A stretch of DNA of 64,000 bases, from IMG/VR virus record IMGVR_UViG_3300026076_000002; one strand, 5' to 3'. The position numbers and the translations under genes are program-made. The stretch is from a virus. Positions 61,244-64,000 of the stretch are shown piece after piece; the stretch's first letter is position 1; every line of letters starts with the position of its first letter. The notes beneath the pieces were generated by a model, which saw only the letters and a list, made by a program, of their open reading frames with translations, was not told the origin of the DNA and ran no database searches.

Positions 61244-61567
61244 ATGGTTTGGAAGTATCGTGAATTGAGTACCCTGACATTGATTCAGGAGTACATTGCC
61301 AAAACCTATGAAGCACACTATGCTCAAGGTAAGACACAGACATTAGATCTGATAGAATCTCTAGGTGATGCTGAGTCATTCACCAAGTGCAATGCTATCA
61401 AGTACCTTTCTAGGTTCGGTGCTAAGAATGGCAAGAACCCAGATGACGTTTTAAAAGCAATTCACTATTGCATCCTCTTATACCATTTTGCTGACTTACA
61501 TGATGAAAATTTCAAAAAAGACAACCGAAATTCTAGCAAACTTCACGAGCATAAATCAGTCTCTTAG
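61244..61567 (+). CDS. DUF3310-type protein
   Basis: TYEAHY..NAIKYLSRFGAKNG..DVLKAIHY. Confidence 0.8.
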   Translation: MVWKYRELSTLTLIQEYIAKTYEAHYAQGKTQTLDLIESLGDAESFTKCNAIKYLSRFGAKNGKNPDDVLKAIHYCILLYHFADLHDENFKKDNRNSSKLHEHKSVS

Positions 61568-62177
61568 TTTTAGAGAAGGTAGGCAACTAAGGACTATTTC
61601 TCCTATGCAGAATGTTCTTGCACAGGCAGAGATTGAGGAGTATATACCAAAGGATTTTGCAATCTACGATCTACCACAGTTCTTGAATACTGTTGGTCTA
61701 TATTCTGATCCAGATATAGATGTTAAGACTAATGAATCTTATGCATCTATTAAGGAAGGTAATGCTAATCGTTCAAAGTATTTCTTTTCAGATCCTAGTG
61801 TAATCATTGCACCACCTGAAAAGGAAATGAAACTACCTAGTGAAGAAGTTTCCTTCACACTGGATAAGGATACATTAACTAAGATTCTTAAGTCTTCAGC
61901 AATTCTAAACCTACCAGACTTAGCAGTAGTGGGTGGTGAAGGTGTAGTTAAGTTGGTAGTTAATGACAGAAAGAACGATACATCTAATGAGTATAGTATT
62001 GTTGTAGGTCAAACTGATAAGGAATTTAGTTTCAACTTTAAGATTGAGAATCTTAAATTGATTAATGGTACTTATGAAGTAAACATATCAGAAAGAAAAC
62101 TTGCTAAGTTTTATAATGCTGATTACAAATTAACTTACTTTATTGCCTTGGAGCCTGATTCTGTTTATGAAGGATGA
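61500..62177 (+). CDS. g45: sliding clamp gp45
   Basis: ILANFTSINQSL, FAIYDLPQFL, FNFKIENLK and YFIALEPDS motifs. Confidence 0.95.
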   Translation: MMKISKKTTEILANFTSINQSLSFREGRQLRTISPMQNVLAQAEIEEYIPKDFAIYDLPQFLNTVGLYSDPDIDVKTNESYASIKEGNANRSKYFFSDPSVIIAPPEKEMKLPSEEVSFTLDKDTLTKILKSSAILNLPDLAVVGGEGVVKLVVNDRKNDTSNEYSIVVGQTDKEFSFNFKIENLKLINGTYEVNISERKLAKFYNADYKLTYFIALEPDSVYEG

Positions 62178-63111
62178 TTTTTTATGGGTTGAAAAATATA
62201 GACCCAAGACAATTGAAGACTGTATCCTCCCAGATGATCTTAAGAAAACACTTAGTGCTTTTATAGATAAAGGAGAACTGCCTAACCTTTTGTTAGCAGG
62301 ACCGCCAGGCATCGGTAAGACTACCGTTGCCAAGGCATTGTGTCATCAAATAGGAGCAGACTATTATGTCATCAACGGATCAGATGAAGGCAGGTTTCTC
62401 GACACCGTGCGTAATCAGGCTAAGAACTTCGCCTCTACTGTTTCCCTTACGTCAGGGAGCAAGCATAAGGTTATCATCATTGACGAGGCAGATAATACCA
62501 CCCATGATGTTCAGTTACTTCTTCGGGCAAACATAGAGGCGTTTTATAACAACTGTAGATTTATTTTTACATGTAACTACAAAAATAAAATTATAGAACC
62601 ACTGCATTCTAGATGTGCTGTAGTTGATTTTAGTATAGGTAAGAAAGAGAAGCAACAAATTGCTGCTACATTTTTTAGGAGGTTAGTTGAGATACTAGAT
62701 AAGGAAGGAATTACTGCTGATAAGAAAGTATTAGTTGAGGTAATCCAAAAGCACTTCCCAGATTGGCGAAGAGTGCTTAATGAGTGTCAGAGGTATAGTG
62801 CATCAGGATCTATTGATACTGGTATACTTACAGTATTCAACAATACTAATACCACTGAACTGGTAGGGTTTCTACAGAAGAAAGAGTTTGGTAATGTACG
62901 TAAGTGGGTGGTTCAGAATCTGGACAATGACCCTAACGTGATATTACGGAACATCTATGATATAATGTATGAAACATTAAAACCAAAGTCTATCCCAGAG
63001 GCAGTCTTGGTCATCGCAAGATACCAATATCAAACTGCTTTCGTTGCTGATCAGGAAATAAACCTAATGGCAGCGTTGACTGAACTAATGTGTAATTGTG
63101 AATTCAAATGA
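62167..63111 (+). CDS. g44: clamp loader large subunit gp44
   Basis: FLWVEKYRP, GPPGIGKT, IIIDEAD and LHSRC motifs. Confidence 0.97.
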   Translation: MKDDFLWVEKYRPKTIEDCILPDDLKKTLSAFIDKGELPNLLLAGPPGIGKTTVAKALCHQIGADYYVINGSDEGRFLDTVRNQAKNFASTVSLTSGSKHKVIIIDEADNTTHDVQLLLRANIEAFYNNCRFIFTCNYKNKIIEPLHSRCAVVDFSIGKKEKQQIAATFFRRLVEILDKEGITADKKVLVEVIQKHFPDWRRVLNECQRYSASGSIDTGILTVFNNTNTTELVGFLQKKEFGNVRKWVVQNLDNDPNVILRNIYDIMYETLKPKSIPEAVLVIARYQYQTAFVADQEINLMAALTELMCNCEFK

Positions 63112-63371
63112 CTAAATCATCACGACCTGCAAAAAAAGCAACGGTCACCAATCGTGAGATCAAAGACTCAGTTGAAGAACTGAAGATCTCTTTGCCTAGG
63201 CAAAAGAAAAGTAGATTCTACTATCAGTTCTGGAGTGTTGCTGCATTGTCAGTACTTGCTGGACAACTATACGTAGGCACTGGATACCGTCAGATGTCAA
63301 GATCTTTTGATCGTATTGTAGACAGTATCATAGTTGAAATAACTGAAGACTCTGGACCTAAGTTCTATTAA
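63108..63371 (+). CDS. hypothetical single-TM protein
   Basis: Coupled by overlaps on both sides; basic N-terminus followed by a hydrophobic stretch. Confidence 0.65.
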   Translation: MTKSSRPAKKATVTNREIKDSVEELKISLPRQKKSRFYYQFWSVAALSVLAGQLYVGTGYRQMSRSFDRIVDSIIVEITEDSGPKFY

Positions 63372-64000
63372 TGAAAGCATTGAAAACACCACTCAGATAT
63401 CCTGGTGGTAAGTCACGTGCTATTACAAAAATTAGTCCTTGTTTTCCTAACTTAAAAAACTACAAGGAGTTTAGAGAACCGTTCCTAGGGGGTGGTTCTG
63501 TTGCTTTGTATGTCAGTAAATCTTTTCCCCATTTAGATATCTGGGTTAATGACTTATACAAACCGTTGGCAAATTTTTGGCAACAACTTCAGGAAAAACC
63601 TGACGAAATTACGAAAGAACTTGCGAGACTCAAAGGTCGATACGACACACCCGAACGAGCGAGACACTTGTTTGCTGAATGCAAGGAATGTCTTAATCAT
63701 ACTAACAGTGGGAAGAGTTCTAGGGCCGTTAGTTTTTATATCGTTAACAAGTGCTCATTTTCTGGACTTTCGGAATCTAGTTCCTTCAGTTCTCAGGCAT
63801 CAGACTCCAATTTCTCAATGCGAGGAATTGAAAAATTGCCAGGATACTCAGAAATAATAAGAGACTGGAAGATTACTAATCTATCCTATACTGATCTCAT
63901 GGATAACAGTAAGGATTGTTTTATGTATCTTGATCCTCCTTATATGATTAAGGATAAGTTGTATGGTAAAAATGGTAGTATGCATGGTAAATTTTCTCAT
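63371..64000 (+). CDS. dam: DNA adenine methyltransferase (3'-truncated by window)
   Basis: MKALKTPLRYPGGKSR, EPFLGGGS and in-frame YLDPPY at about 63926-63943; absent from the ORF track because the stop lies outside the window. Confidence 0.93.
   Translation, partial: MKALKTPLRYPGGKSRAITKISPCFPNLKNYKEFREPFLGGGSVALYVSKSFPHLDIWVNDLYKPLANFWQQLQEKPDEITKELARLKGRYDTPERARHLFAECKECLNHTNSGKSSRAVSFYIVNKCSFSGLSESSSFSSQASDSNFSMRGIEKLPGYSEIIRDWKITNLSYTDLMDNSKDCFMYLDPPYMIKDKLYGKNGSMHGKFSH

Noticed and set aside
63549-63857. 102-aa ORF in the track
   Set aside because: It is an out-of-frame overlap with the dam gene that starts at 63371

Overview
64 kb of a T4-like marine cyanomyophage genome (AT-rich, almost all genes on +). 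The host is probably Prochlorococcus, judging from pebS and multi-copy-type hli genes. Gene order: baseplate (g25, g6, g7-like, structural, g8, VrlC-like); fibre genes; an accessory island at about 29.7-36.1 kb; neck, terminase, tail and head genes (g13-g23); g3, uvsY, uvsW, g55, g47, g46; an OMP/hli/2OG-Fe(II) island; g45, g44 and a truncated dam. The best candidate for an undescribed system is the 29.7-36.1 kb island between two fibre genes. It holds five divergent sulfotransferase-fold proteins, a SAM methyltransferase, a complete di-iron ferritin-like protein and pebS, arranged as two convergent units (putative late on +, early on -). The di-iron gene shares a 5' leader motif with the major capsid gene. 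Other leads: a structured attenuator-like leader before the OMP gene, a shared C-terminal motif in consecutive fibre-region proteins, overlapping bidirectional promoters, and a candidate operator at the hli promoters. All calls come from reading motifs and synteny by eye; no searches were run.
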